Below the pieces are notes generated by a model. The model was not told the origin of the DNA. It did not search any database and worked only from the letters and a program-made list of their open reading frames with translations. A stretch of DNA of 64,000 nt from Podarcis gaigeae. Lineage: Eukaryota. The stretch lies in NCBI GenBank assembly GCA_964106915.2, contig OZ066918.1; one strand, 5' to 3'. Below, piece by piece: positions 1 through 11,400 of this stretch; position 1 is the first letter of the stretch; every line of letters begins with the position of its first letter. Made by a program: the position numbers and the translations under genes.

Positions 1-2434
1 ATGGTTTCATGTTAGGAAAAAAAAAGCTAAAATTAAGCTAACATCTTTGCTTTTCTTCTCACAACTACCATGTCTGTTTCTATGCTCTTTCTTTAGGCAT
101 GGTTAATCCAGACCTATTTTCATTAAGTACAAATGGAAAAAGCAATGCGTGTTATCCGTGCCTGGTCTCCATTATTGTTGCATAGAATAGGAAGAAAAAG
201 AAAGAACAAGATTATTCTGCATGGATATTTGCCTTGAGCTTTTTTGGCATTGCAAAATGATAGCATAATTTAGCATCATTCATGATGTAATTGAGGGCTT
301 CTTCTAACAGGCACCTGCTCATAAGGATTTTAAAACAAGAGTAATTTCTCTAGAAAGAAATTCAAATCTTGTTTGATTCTGGATTTGCTTTTGCCTGGCA
401 ATGGTTGGTTTTCATGATCTGTTTGCATGTCTAGCAATTCAACAGTTAAATTGTTTTCTTTCAGGGAGAACCATCCTTGGGAAATAAAGGTGAACAAGTA
501 TATTGGGGACAAAACTGACTTTTTGGAGGGCTTGAGGGAAATGCAGGTAACAGAAGTATAGATGATGTTGCAACATTCTTCAATTATAGACCAATGGTAT
601 TTGTTTTACCTACTCACATCCCCGGGTAGGCAAAACAACATTGCATCTGGGATCAGTTTGCTTAAAATTAAAGTGCAACTGCCATCTCTCTTCTATCAAA
701 AGTAAAGTGTTGCAGCTATAACGTACAGACAATTACACATTACTTTGGATTGTAATATTTAGATTTGTGTCATTTCTTATCCAAAGTAAAAAGCATCTCT
801 AAATAAATGAGTGATCTTATACTACATATTTTATAGGCTGTGTACTTAGCAAGATCCATCTATATTTGCATGTGCATATATACTCATGTTATCTTCAATC
901 TCATGCTGCATATTTAGAAAGTTGGAACTTTAATGCCTTCCGCCAAAGTAGACTGAGTGAACAATTAGGCTTGCATGCACAGAAAAACAGGTCTTCTGCA
1001 GCATTTTATGGAGGCTTAGATGGGTTGTGCATTAATTCTGGAAGCACGAGCCTTCCAAATCAGTTATACTGCTGTTTGCTTTTCTCAACAAAAAGCTGGA
1101 AATGTCTCAATAATGCACTTTTTAAAACGTCCATGCACTACCTATGTCGTCATGGACAGTTTGCCGGTATGATCGCTCCACCCAATTAGCAGCCTCCAGT
1201 CACGCAATTTGGAGCAGATTGTGAAATGAACTCGTGACCTTCCATGGAAAGAGGCTACAGAAATCAGAAATTATATCGTATTTACCTTGACTTTTCCAAT
1301 GGTGCTGAGCCTCCAATGAAAACAAAGGCCTGTACAGAAATCAGAAGATGCACCTGAAGGTGTTAGATTCCGGGCCCTCCAGACTGTAGGTGTTGTTGTG
1401 GGCGTATTCTGCAACATGTTCTTGACTCAATTAGTGGTAGATTTATTTTGCTTTAGCTTGTTCTGAGATGCAAAGTGGGACAAAAATAAACCAGAACATT
1501 TGTGCTTTGTGAAAAGTTACAGGATTTCAGCAAGAAATTGCAGGATATGCACTGAATGAAAAGAAGCAGTATGACCGCCCCCAAAACTTGTGCAGGTGCA
1601 AACAATATTGAAAGTCAGGTTGTGGTGACCATGCTGATAGCATCATGAGCACAAATCATCATGAATTGAGGGACCCTAAGCTATATTTGAGAAGAATATT
1701 GTGAGCTACAGAAACAGGAAAGCTAAATTTGGAATCTTCTTGCCTACTAATCTCAAGTATTGCTTTGTGCCTATAAAATATACAAGTTTCTAGTCACCCC
1801 AGACCTTCTTCTAGGTCAAGGAGATATTTTATTGAATATATAGACTCAAGTTTATATGTGAATTTATAGCCATAACTCCCATGAACAGTTATGGGAACAT
1901 ATTTTTAATTTTCAGATCGGTAGCAACTGAAACCACTAATCCATTAATCAACTAATCCACACATTTTTTTGGGGGGATACTTTAATCTAAAATGGCTTAA
2001 AGAGATAGCTTATTCCCTGTCCCATCTTAAAATATGAATGTTATTTAGAATGGATATTAGTTGTGAGGGGTGGGTGGGAAGCTAGCTGGCTTGGGAGTGT
2101 GGGTAATGGGATACAAAGCCCTTCAGCTCTAGGTCACTGGTTCAAATCTAGTACATGTTGTCAGTGACAGAAAATCATTGCCATCTGATTGCTGCTTGAC
2201 AGTTGTATGTGTCTGCAACTGCTGGTGGTCGGATGTACATATCAGTGCACAAACTGGAAGACAGAGGCTCTCTGTCACAGCATCAGTGAAGGCTGAATCA
2301 GATGTAGAACTGAACACATACCCACACACAAAAGCAGAGGCACAATATTACATTTCCAGTTATGTTCACTGGCAAAATGGTTCTCTTGAGGAGTTTCTTT
2401 TTATATTGCCTATGAGCACATACAGTTTTCTTTA

Positions 2435-2630
2435 GACTAAGTCAGACCATTGCTTAATATAGTCCAATATGGTCTATTCTGCCTGGAAGTAGCTCTCCAA
2501 GCTGTTATGTGAAGGTATTCCCAAGCACCACCTGCCTTAAGATTCTTTTACATGGAAATGCCGAGAATGGAAGTTAATAATTTCTGCAGGAAAAGTATTG
2601 ATGTACCACTGTGCTGTGGCCCCTTGCCCA
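2435..2630 (-). mobile_element. Same tRNA-SINE family, older inverted copy
   Basis: AGTCAGACCATTG...TAGTCCAATATGGTCTA...GCTCTCCA...TACCACTGTGCTGTGGCCCC resembles the reverse complement of the 2780 family. Confidence 0.45.
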
Positions 2631-2779
2631 GTTCCTTTTCAGTTACACAAACACAATGGTGAGCACAGACCCATCTTTGTTCAGGACTCAGCCATGAGTC
2701 CTTGGGAAAAGAAATACTATCTGCAGACCTAAATTTATTTATTTAAAATAGTATACACCATTTATGCACTGCAATTTTA

Positions 2780-2940
2780 GGGAAGGGTTGCAGCTCAGCG
2801 GTACAACATCTGCTTTCCATGCAGAAAGTTCCAGGTTCAGTCTCCCCCATCTACAGGTTGGGCTTAGGAGAAGGCTCTCTGAATTCCTGGAGACCACTGC
2901 CAGTTAGTGTGGAATGTGTGAATAAGGGAAGCAGCTTTCC
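2780..2940 (+). mobile_element. Squamate tRNA-derived SINE (diverged)
   Basis: A-box-like GCAGCTCAGCGGTA, B-box-like CCAGGTTCAGTC, body CCTGGAGACCACTGCCAGTTAGTGTGG, tail GCAGCTTTCC. Confidence 0.6.
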
Positions 2941-3249
2941 TTCAATTAAGTGATTACAATAAGGTGGGGGGGGTGGAAAGAGGGAGGCTTGCTACAGTGT
3001 TGGTGAAAATAGTTATAAACCTGGGAAGTTGCATCACAGAATCAGCTGCAATGCAAATCTGGTTCCATTGCAAAGGGAGTACAGTTAGACACCAACCAGC
3101 CTGCTTTCTGATGGAGTACCCTGACATCACTATGCCTCTCTTATTCTGGACTGCATCTTTGAAATATTTGCAGACATTCCGCCTTTTACCACCTGATAAC
3201 CACTAACAAAGAGAGTCTTGTGGGGTTTATTAAGACTAACAGATTCCTT

Positions 3250-3505
3250 CAGCAAAAAGCCATAGGAGGATGATAAATGCCTTCCTAGAGGATGATATAG
3301 TTCCATCTAACCTTAAGATGGCTGTTGCAAGACCTTTATTGAAGAAACCCTCCCGGCATCCCACCATACTGGATAATTACCAGCCAGATTCAGATTTGTC
3401 ATTTTTGAGCAAGGTAGTACAGTGGTGTCTCAGTTCCAAAGATTCTTGGAGGAAGATTTTCTAAGATTATTTCAATCTAGTTTTACGCTTGGCTTTGGGA
3501 CTGAA
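3250..3505 (+). mobile_element. L2-clade LINE ORF2 (RT) fragment
   Basis: INAFLEDDIVPSNLKMAVARPLLKKPS...LDNYQP...LSFLSKVV followed by an FQS.F..GFGT-like motif. Confidence 0.75.
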
Positions 3506-4814
3506 GGAAAAAAATAGGATTTTGCTTCAGTACAAGCACCCCACATGTATCTGGGTTTTTGATACTTGTAAACAGCTTAGAAGCCTATTTGGGCACTAAA
3601 TGGCATAAAAAATAATGATTATATCACAAGTCCATATTTCCTTCTAATTCTGCTGCCACCCCAAGACTTTAATAAAACATTCCCCTTTATACCACCAACA
3701 ATATAGTAGCGGGCAATTAGGCTATAGATATGGGATGGGATGAGCACACACAGAAAATTATTTACTAGATAAAGCAAATGCATTTATTTTTATTTACATA
3801 CAATATGCTTTATTAGTTGCTTACATGAATTGTGCAGTGTTTCTTTAAGGAAGCTGTTACATCCTTGTCTAAATTCACTTTCCTAATTAAAATCCTGGTC
3901 ACCAGTTACCTTTCGCATAACTGCACCCATTAGCTTTCCTGGAAAGGCACAGACGGACAAGGCTTGAAGGTCTTCCTCAGGCGAGATGAGTGCATGGTTC
4001 AACCTAATCCCTCAGCGATAACTTACAATGGGCTCTCAAATTCTTGACAGCCTTGCTTCAGCTTCCCCTGAAGTCTTGCTTCTGGTCAGGCAACTTGAGA
4101 ATCAGGACACTGCCAGGAAGATGTCACACAGTTGCCTCCATCTAATGTCTCCTTGCTTACTGAGGCTGCCTTCTGCTGCCATTCTGGCCAGAAGCTATCC
4201 TGGCGAACCACCCTGCCTGGAGTCTTCCTCTCCTGGCTGGCTCTCACAGCATTAGCTTTCAGTGATCCCAGCTTTCCTTCTGCTTCCTCAGGTTCTTCTC
4301 TGAGCTGCTCACACAAACCACTCAGACAAATGCAGTGACCGTCTTGTATACAATTTGGGTCAGCACCATGGGGCCAGAAACTCCCAGTTACCTTAATATC
4401 TGCCAGTCCACTGCCCTTTAGGTATGATCTAAGGAGAGCCCATATAATGCTTCCTAAACCAGCCTATCAAAATCTTCCTGTTAGTCCAGCAATGATAGCA
4501 AAACAACAACTCATGCTAATATTAAATAATTCCGAATGATTTTTTTTTTGAGACAATAGACTAGTATAAGAAACAAATACTAAAAGTTGCAATATCCAAT
4601 GACCTCTTTGGGCACTATAGGCTTTCCTCTATGGGGTATTCCAACGTCTTCTTCTGGTTGGTGAGGCCTCTGACTAGGTTCTGAGAATGAGCAGGGCATG
4701 CAGTGCCACAGGCACTCCTTAAAAAGCTCAACCAGGATCCAGTGATGTGCAGTAACTATTAGCCAAACAAACCCCTTTGGGGGGTGAAGGTAATGGGGAG
4801 GGTGGTGGCAGAAT

Positions 4815-5140
4815 AACTGCAAGTGTTATTGAATTACAGAGATTATCTGGATCTGACAGTGGGTTTAGGCCTGGTTTTGGTTCCAAATCAGCCTTAGTCA
4901 TCCTGGTGGGTGGCCTTTATTGAGAGTGGGATGGTGAGAACCAGTAAACTGAGTATGTACCCTGGGAAGGTGGAGGTTCTCTGGGTAGGTAAATCCTGTT
5001 CCTGTTGCATATCCTAGACAGGGTTGCACTCCTCCTAAAGGAACAGGAATGTAGCTTATGGAGGTGATACATCATTGTCATTGATGACCCAAGTGACTTC
5101 TGTGGCTAGAAGTGCCATTCCCCCAGTAGCGGCAATGGCC
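4815..5140 (+). mobile_element. L2-clade LINE fragment (degraded)
   Basis: DYLD...SGFRPGFG..SALVILV-like segment. Confidence 0.55.
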
Positions 5141-5494
5141 TTACTGGTGGATAGAGCAGTGAAGGATTATTCTCCACCCTTGCTCTCTTGTCTACTATGG
5201 AGGTTGCTGTTGTAGGCAGAATGAAGGAAGCTTGCCTTTACAGGCCTGCAGCTGTCCAAATTCATCACTGCGGCCTGCAAGAGTATGTAGGCAATAAATA
5301 TTCTGGGTGGTATCCAATGCACATGTTCCATTAGCGCAAGGATTTGTGCTTGCACAAGTGCCATAGGCATCTGGTTGGCCACTGTGAGAACAGAGCCCTG
5401 GACTAAATTGGCCTGATCCAGAAGGTCTGTTAGAAGTTTTTGTCCCTTAAGATATGAATTTTATCAAATTGGATAGAGATAGATTTTATAGCCT

Positions 5495-5650
5495 TCTATT
5501 TTTATTCTGCCCTTTCTCCAAGGAGCTCAGGGCAGTGCACCTAATCTTTTCTCATAACCACCATGTGAGGTAAGTTAGGCTGAGAGATAGTGACTGACAC
5601 AAAGGCCACCCAGTAACCTAACCAATACACCCCACTACATCTCTATTATG
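5495..5650 (-). mobile_element. Old Squam3/MIR-like SINE fragment
   Basis: Similar to the 48975-49209 body (CCATGTGAGGTAAGTTAGGCTGAGAGATAGTGACT...CACCCAGT). Confidence 0.55.
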
Positions 5651-6081
5651 GGCTATGCATTTATTTAGATTTCCCACCATGGGACTGGACATAACGCACA
5701 AACAAGAAAATATACTTCCAGAAATAAAATTCTCAGGTAATCAATATTTTAGTTTCCATGTCACTTTAAGATTAAATTATTTCCTAACCTGTTTATAGCA
5801 CCTGGTGGTTTTTATTAATGCTGATGGGTGCCCATGTTTCCTACCAAACCATATACCAAATACTGCAAGAATGTAAATGAGGCCTCCCTACCTACCTGCA
5901 TTGCTGAGATACCTTTCCAGTTCCTTTTCCTATAGTCATTATCCTCCCTCAGCCTATCCTGGCTGCTTTTTAAAAATATCCAAGATATTTCAAATATTTT
6001 CTGGATTTTCATAGATGTCCCCCAAATTTCAGAAATCCAGTGAACTGATTGTGGTGTGCCCCCCCCCGCAATATTAGATTA

Positions 6082-6292
6082 CAGTCATACCTCGGGTTGA
6101 ATGTGCTTCAGGTTGAGCGCTTTCGGGTTTCGCCGCTTGGACATGCGCAGACGCTCAAAATTATGTCCTGTGCATGCATGGAAGCAGCCAAACGCGACCC
6201 GCACACGCAGACGTGCCATCGCGTCTTACGTTCCATTCAGGATGCGAACGGGGCTCCAGAACAGATCCCGTTCACATCCCAAGATACCCCTG
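6082..6292. mobile_element. Tigger/pogo-like MITE, related family
   Basis: TA|CAGTCATACCTCGGGTTGAA ... CCCAAGATACCCCTG|TA; CpG-rich body with GCTTCAGGTT-type subterminal motifs. Confidence 0.7.
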
Positions 6293-8707
6293 TATTTGAA
6301 GGTTTAAAAACGTACAACAAATATATTTGGCATGCAGAGATAGGTGGTCTCTTTGTCACCCTGGCACAAATCTCACAATGAGAAAGAAAGGTGGGAAAAT
6401 AGAATGAGACTCTTCCTTCTCCCCATTAATGTAGTAAAGATATTTTTACATTCAAGCTCAGTCTCTCAACAAAAGACATTGTGGAATCTCATAAAATAAA
6501 ATAAAAAACCTGCAGCTAACGACCAATATTTTAAACCAAAGTATTAGGCCATGTCATGCTGAGGATAGTAATGATAGAAAGGTCTTTAGACAAATGAGCA
6601 ATTCGTTCGGCATTTCGTTTGGATAGAAAGGCCATCTCAGGTGTCTGCGTGGATTCTATCTGGAGAGCAGCCTCAGGCAGATTGACTCCATTCCCAGCCT
6701 TACTACAACTGTGCTATCTGTTTAGGCAGTGGATCATTTCAGAGAGTGGCAGGTGAGGTTATAGCCATCAGTCAAGTGACCATATAAAGAACGTCTCACA
6801 CCATTCCAGCATCTCACAATGCAGCATGTGCAGATACAAAAAAAGAACCAAAGCAAAAAACCCAACCACACTTGTTTTCCTTTACAAGAAATAAAAGAAA
6901 ACCAATTCTATTGGTTGGTAGAACTGAAAAGTATTCAGCATGTTCACTACTGCCACCAAAGCAGTGACCTCAAACAGTCATTCTGGGGTCCTTCAGAACT
7001 TTATTTTTTTGTCATATTAATTGCAGTGAAATGTTAGGGACAACAGAAGCCCAAGCCTGTCTTCCTCTGTATACTTTATGCAACAGTTGATATAAAAGGA
7101 AAGAAAGCAAGGATATCTACTGGCATTAAACTGAAATCCACGCCCAGGATTGTAAAATGTCCAAGTTTCTCGTTTAGCATAATGAGACTTCCAACATCCA
7201 GTTGGAAGTCTGTGGCAGTCATTTTAACAGATCAGTACTGTATCCTAAGTGTCCAGTGGCTCTAGAGAAATATTTAAAAAATACTACAATGTTCCAAGAC
7301 TAAAACTAAACGTTCAATTCTTCTTTTCTTTTTTCGCAAAACATCTGGTACAGAGCTGAGAATAGTGTGGTGGAATAGATTTCAAAAAAAGTCTTTAAAA
7401 AATCTTTAAATTTCCAGAATCACTGATATACCAGACAATGAATATTTCGTGACCTTCACTCCTGTGTCCTCAGATCTAGGAAACAGTCCTATCATGACTT
7501 TTCTTAGATAATATTTTGAACGTCTGTTTATGAAACACTACCCTTGGCTAAAACAGTGTAATTTTATTATTCAGCCTCTGATCACACACTATCAGTTTTG
7601 TCTAAATAACTTGTTTCAGTAGCTTCAATTATTCTAGACCAATTATGGGTTTGTTCTGCTATCTTAACTTCATAAGTTCTCCAGCTGCTTGAACAAAATT
7701 ATTCCACATTTGAGCCAGGTAAACAAGATTAAGAATTTCAGCCACCACCACTATGAATTCATGTGAATTGATGATGTGGTCTACACATTTATGTCTTCAA
7801 TTTTTCAAGTTTTCCACCTTGCTGTACCTTAATATAAAACAATTCCCTAATGTTTTCCACAGAAAAGAATAAACTCCAGACTCTCATCCAAAAATATCTC
7901 TAATTCTGCTACAAGTTGCAAGTTTCTTCCAGGAAGATGTCCTGAATATGTGATATATGAACGAGCAGTATTTTGTAGTCAATTTATGTGTTTCATCATA
8001 TATTAAAGAAAACCAAAATGATTTCTAAGCATTACTAAAAATGATTGAGCATTATTGGTTTCCTTACTATTCAAGCTTACATCTTTAAAACACAGGGCAT
8101 AGGAAATGATGGTGATTTCCATATAAGCATAACTAGATAGGGAAAAGAAAACTGTTATTTTTTACTGCCTATCATGGCTAAAAGGAGAGCTGTCTACAGC
8201 TGCGTTTCTAGATGACCAACACTTGCGCAATAGACTCAGCCTCTGTCATTCTGGGAAAATAGATTGATGCATCTTCTATGAAAACTAGTGCTGTGCTGAT
8301 ATATGAAAACTAGTGCTGTGCTGTTAAGTTAGGTGAGATACATTTGAGATTTTCATGGATGGGGTGCAGGGATTTTGTTGTGCTCACCTAACTTTCCTGG
8401 TGGCCCAGGAATGCCCTTTTTTCATTTTACAAATCATTTCTCTACTGGTACAGACTCTGCCTACTGAGTACCTAGCAGCTGGGCTGTGTGTGTTTTCAAA
8501 TAGGGGTCCCCCCCTTTATTTTTAGTTAAAACTTCCCTTAAAAAGCAATATCAGTAGGTGTAATGATTTTTTTGGAACTCAGGAGCCTGGCTCCCATGCT
8601 TCAAGCTCAGGGGAAGGTGGAATAAGGTAACTTCTTGCACAGGACTTTTTCAAATCGGGATGTACAGGCAGCCAAGGAGCCTGCAAAGCACTGGAGAAAT
8701 GCCCAAG

Positions 8708-8780
<73 letters not shown>
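8708..8780. repeat. (AAAG)n(AG)n microsatellite
   Basis: Seen directly. Confidence 0.95.
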
Positions 8781-8783
<3 letters not shown>

Positions 8784-9629
8784 CCCTCGCTCAGTCACCT
8801 TGCAACAAGGGAAGCACCAAAATTATAAGAGGAAAATAAAGTGCTCTAAGAAAAAGGCAGAAAAACTGAAACCTCACATTTGCAGGGTAAGAAAACTTTT
8901 GAGAAATAGGAGGGTCTATTTCAGCACAGCGTTAAAGAGGTTACCTATACCTTTAGTCTTTCAAATCAATGTGTGTTCCTTGTTTGTTCAGCATCCCCAT
9001 TGGTCAGTGTTAAACCAGAATAGAAATGGGATTACGCTATCTTTACCACTGCTGTTAAACCCATCATAATACACCCTGCATAGCAAGAGCTAAGGACCAC
9101 CTAACGCTCCATTTTGTTTACCTCAAGGCAGCAGCACTTTGAGATTACTCATCAGCATTAATTATACTGGATCAGATATCTATGCAAGATTTATTGAGTT
9201 GTTACTCTCCCAACTTTCAGAACCATCCACATATAAAGAGAATATCTCATCTGTAGTTTAATCAACTGATTAGGCAAGAACATAAAAGTAAAATGAACTT
9301 CCACTTAGAATCATGTCAAGAGTAGATACCCAGGCTTAACAGCCAAGAAATACAAGTAGGACCTGCAACAAAATACTGCACTATATTGTAACACCTAACA
9401 GGAGTGTGTTTGTTGATTCCCCAAAGCGCAGCATTCTACCCCTCCCTCCAGCTTTTTCTTCCCAATGTTTCATGGATAGTGAGCATGCTCATTAGCCAGT
9501 CTGCATTAGGCATTTGATTGCCTCCTTTTAATGCCGATAACCCAGACAGGTTCCTCTAGTTGAACCTTTTAACATATTATCGTAGTGTTATATTCTTAAC
9601 AACCTATAGCGCCTCTTCCTAAATTTGCT

Positions 9630-9860
9630 GGGTTTAAAAGGAGTATAGATGAATGTAACCTATCAATGGTTACTAGTCATGATGGCCACACACTTCAGGG
9701 AAACCTCTGAATACCAGTTGCTGGGAACTCGAGTGGGGCAAAGTGCCATTGTGTTCAGGACCTGCTTGTGGGCTTCCATGGGCATCTGGTTGACTGCCGT
9801 GAGAGCGGAATGCTGGACTAGATGGGCCTTTGGTCTGATTCAGCAGGTCTCTTCTCATCT
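9630..9860 (+). mobile_element. CR1 LINE 3' end
   Basis: GGTTTAAAAGGAG.ATAGA...GGCATCTGGTTG...GAATGCTGGACTAGATGGGCCTTTGGTCTGAT.CAGCAGG; shorter tails at 5365-5440 (+) and 18395-18470 (-). Confidence 0.7.
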
Positions 9861-10699
9861 TCAAGAGAAGGTTTCTTCATCCATGTACCCGAAGCTATGG
9901 GTAGCCAAGGGAGATGTCCAGCCATCCCACAAAAATCAAGGAGGTATGGCTAGACTTGTGTGAGTAGAAAAAGACTGTCGGTTAACTCATAGATGCCTGG
10001 AAGCTTGGATAAACAGTGATTAGCAACATAAGAAAGTTCTATACCACCTGGACCCTGAGTTTGTGGCTCACATTCTGAAGGCAGTCAATATTTAAAGCAG
10101 GGATGAGATATCTTAGGCCCTTTAGATGTTCCTATAATATAGCCCCCATCAGCATTTGCGATTTCCATTCTACCTTATCTTTTCTATGGCCAGGGGAGCC
10201 TCCTGGCCAGGGACTGTCATTCTTCTGTGTTTTGTGCATACTGTGATCAATAATACTGGTTATGAATCAGAATCAGACATTTCTACGCACCTGCAATTTA
10301 ATTTGGGCAGTCTTAAAATATAATACTCATGGTAATAAGCATCACTGAAACAATACAGCGTGCCTTGGGATAACGAAGGCCAATCTGACCAACTAACCAA
10401 GTAGTAAAGTATTCTCTATTGGCCTGGATTGTATGATATGGTAAACCCAAGCATGGTTTACAGAGACTGCATGGACATTTGGGCTCTTGGATAGATCACA
10501 CTAACATTGTTCCTCCTATTCTTTTTTACTCCCTCACACTAAACTACACCAAGTTTGTTATTAATAACTGAACCTACGCTCATGATTTAACTCTCTTCTT
10601 GTTTAGCATGAGCTGTAGCCCAGAACACAGACTGGGGAGGGGTAAAGTGGCTTGCAATAGAAGTAAAGGACCTTGCAATCGTTTGGGTTACCCATGTCA

Positions 10700-11400
10700 T
10701 GTGAACCAGACCACTGAAGAAATGTCCTCGTATTTACCACGTTGTCATCTGTCTCCACTCATAGCTGTAGTTGAATCCCATGCAGCGGTATCCATTATGC
10801 ATGTTGCAAAGTACCAAGGTATTGAGCTGGAAATTCTGGCAATGCGTCACAAGTGCTTCATGGTAGCTTGCCAGGGAGGAAGTTTCTGGCATCCTTTCTT
10901 CCAACACTGAAAACGACCCTGATATGCTGCAAAACCACCTTCTAGTCAAGTGACCTAAACAACCTATAGGGTTGTGGCAACCTGGTCCTGTAGAGCTGTG
11001 CGCACCTCACACAGACTGAGCCACATGCAGACTTGCTGTGCATGATCACGTTCCATCTTGCCTCTAGTCTGCCAGTCATGACGCATGCAATGCCACTACC
11101 AAATACTAGCCAACATCAAGTCACACCATGTAGATGGTCCCACTCTGGCAAAAAGGCTGCAAAGCTATCACTTAGGTGAGCAGTCCCCAAGCCCATCAAC
11201 ACTCTGTCCCCTTCTCTATTTAGAATGCAACATTCAACAGCTTTGGGTGATGCTGCCACACTGCAGCTACTAATGGTGACAGCCTCTGGTGTAACCCTGC
11301 TGTGTAAATTCCTATGCTGAAGATACAAGTTCAGCGTATTATTTAACATGCAGCATCTAAAAAGGACTGGGGTACTTCAAGTTCTGTTCACATAGCTCGG
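10700..11400 (-). mobile_element. Highly degraded RTE-like LINE ORF fragment
   Basis: Fragmentary minus-strand similarity to the RTE C-terminal region (ESGTIY ~ ETWTLY; RWF...EERMP ~ RWFGH..ERLPK); many frameshifts. Confidence 0.35.

Noticed and set aside
60-190. Plus-strand acceptor-like site (ctctttctttag) and short frame, considered as an EBF3 terminal exon
   Set aside because: Translation (MVNPDLFSLSTNGKSNACYP...) does not resemble the EBF3 C-terminus; no EBF3 coding sequence was found in the window.
2085-2165. tRNA-like A/B boxes (TGTGGGTAATGG ... GGTTCAAATC)
   Set aside because: No cloverleaf; most likely a decayed SINE head, not a tRNA gene.
3700-4450. LTR-like block between L2 fragments
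   Set aside because: I could not identify TG...CA termini or a TSD. The flanking L2 pieces overlap in the SGFRPG region, so they are not one element split by this block.
8635-9069. 144-aa ORF with ERERER run
   Set aside because: Produced by the (AG)n microsatellite; no domain or splice support.
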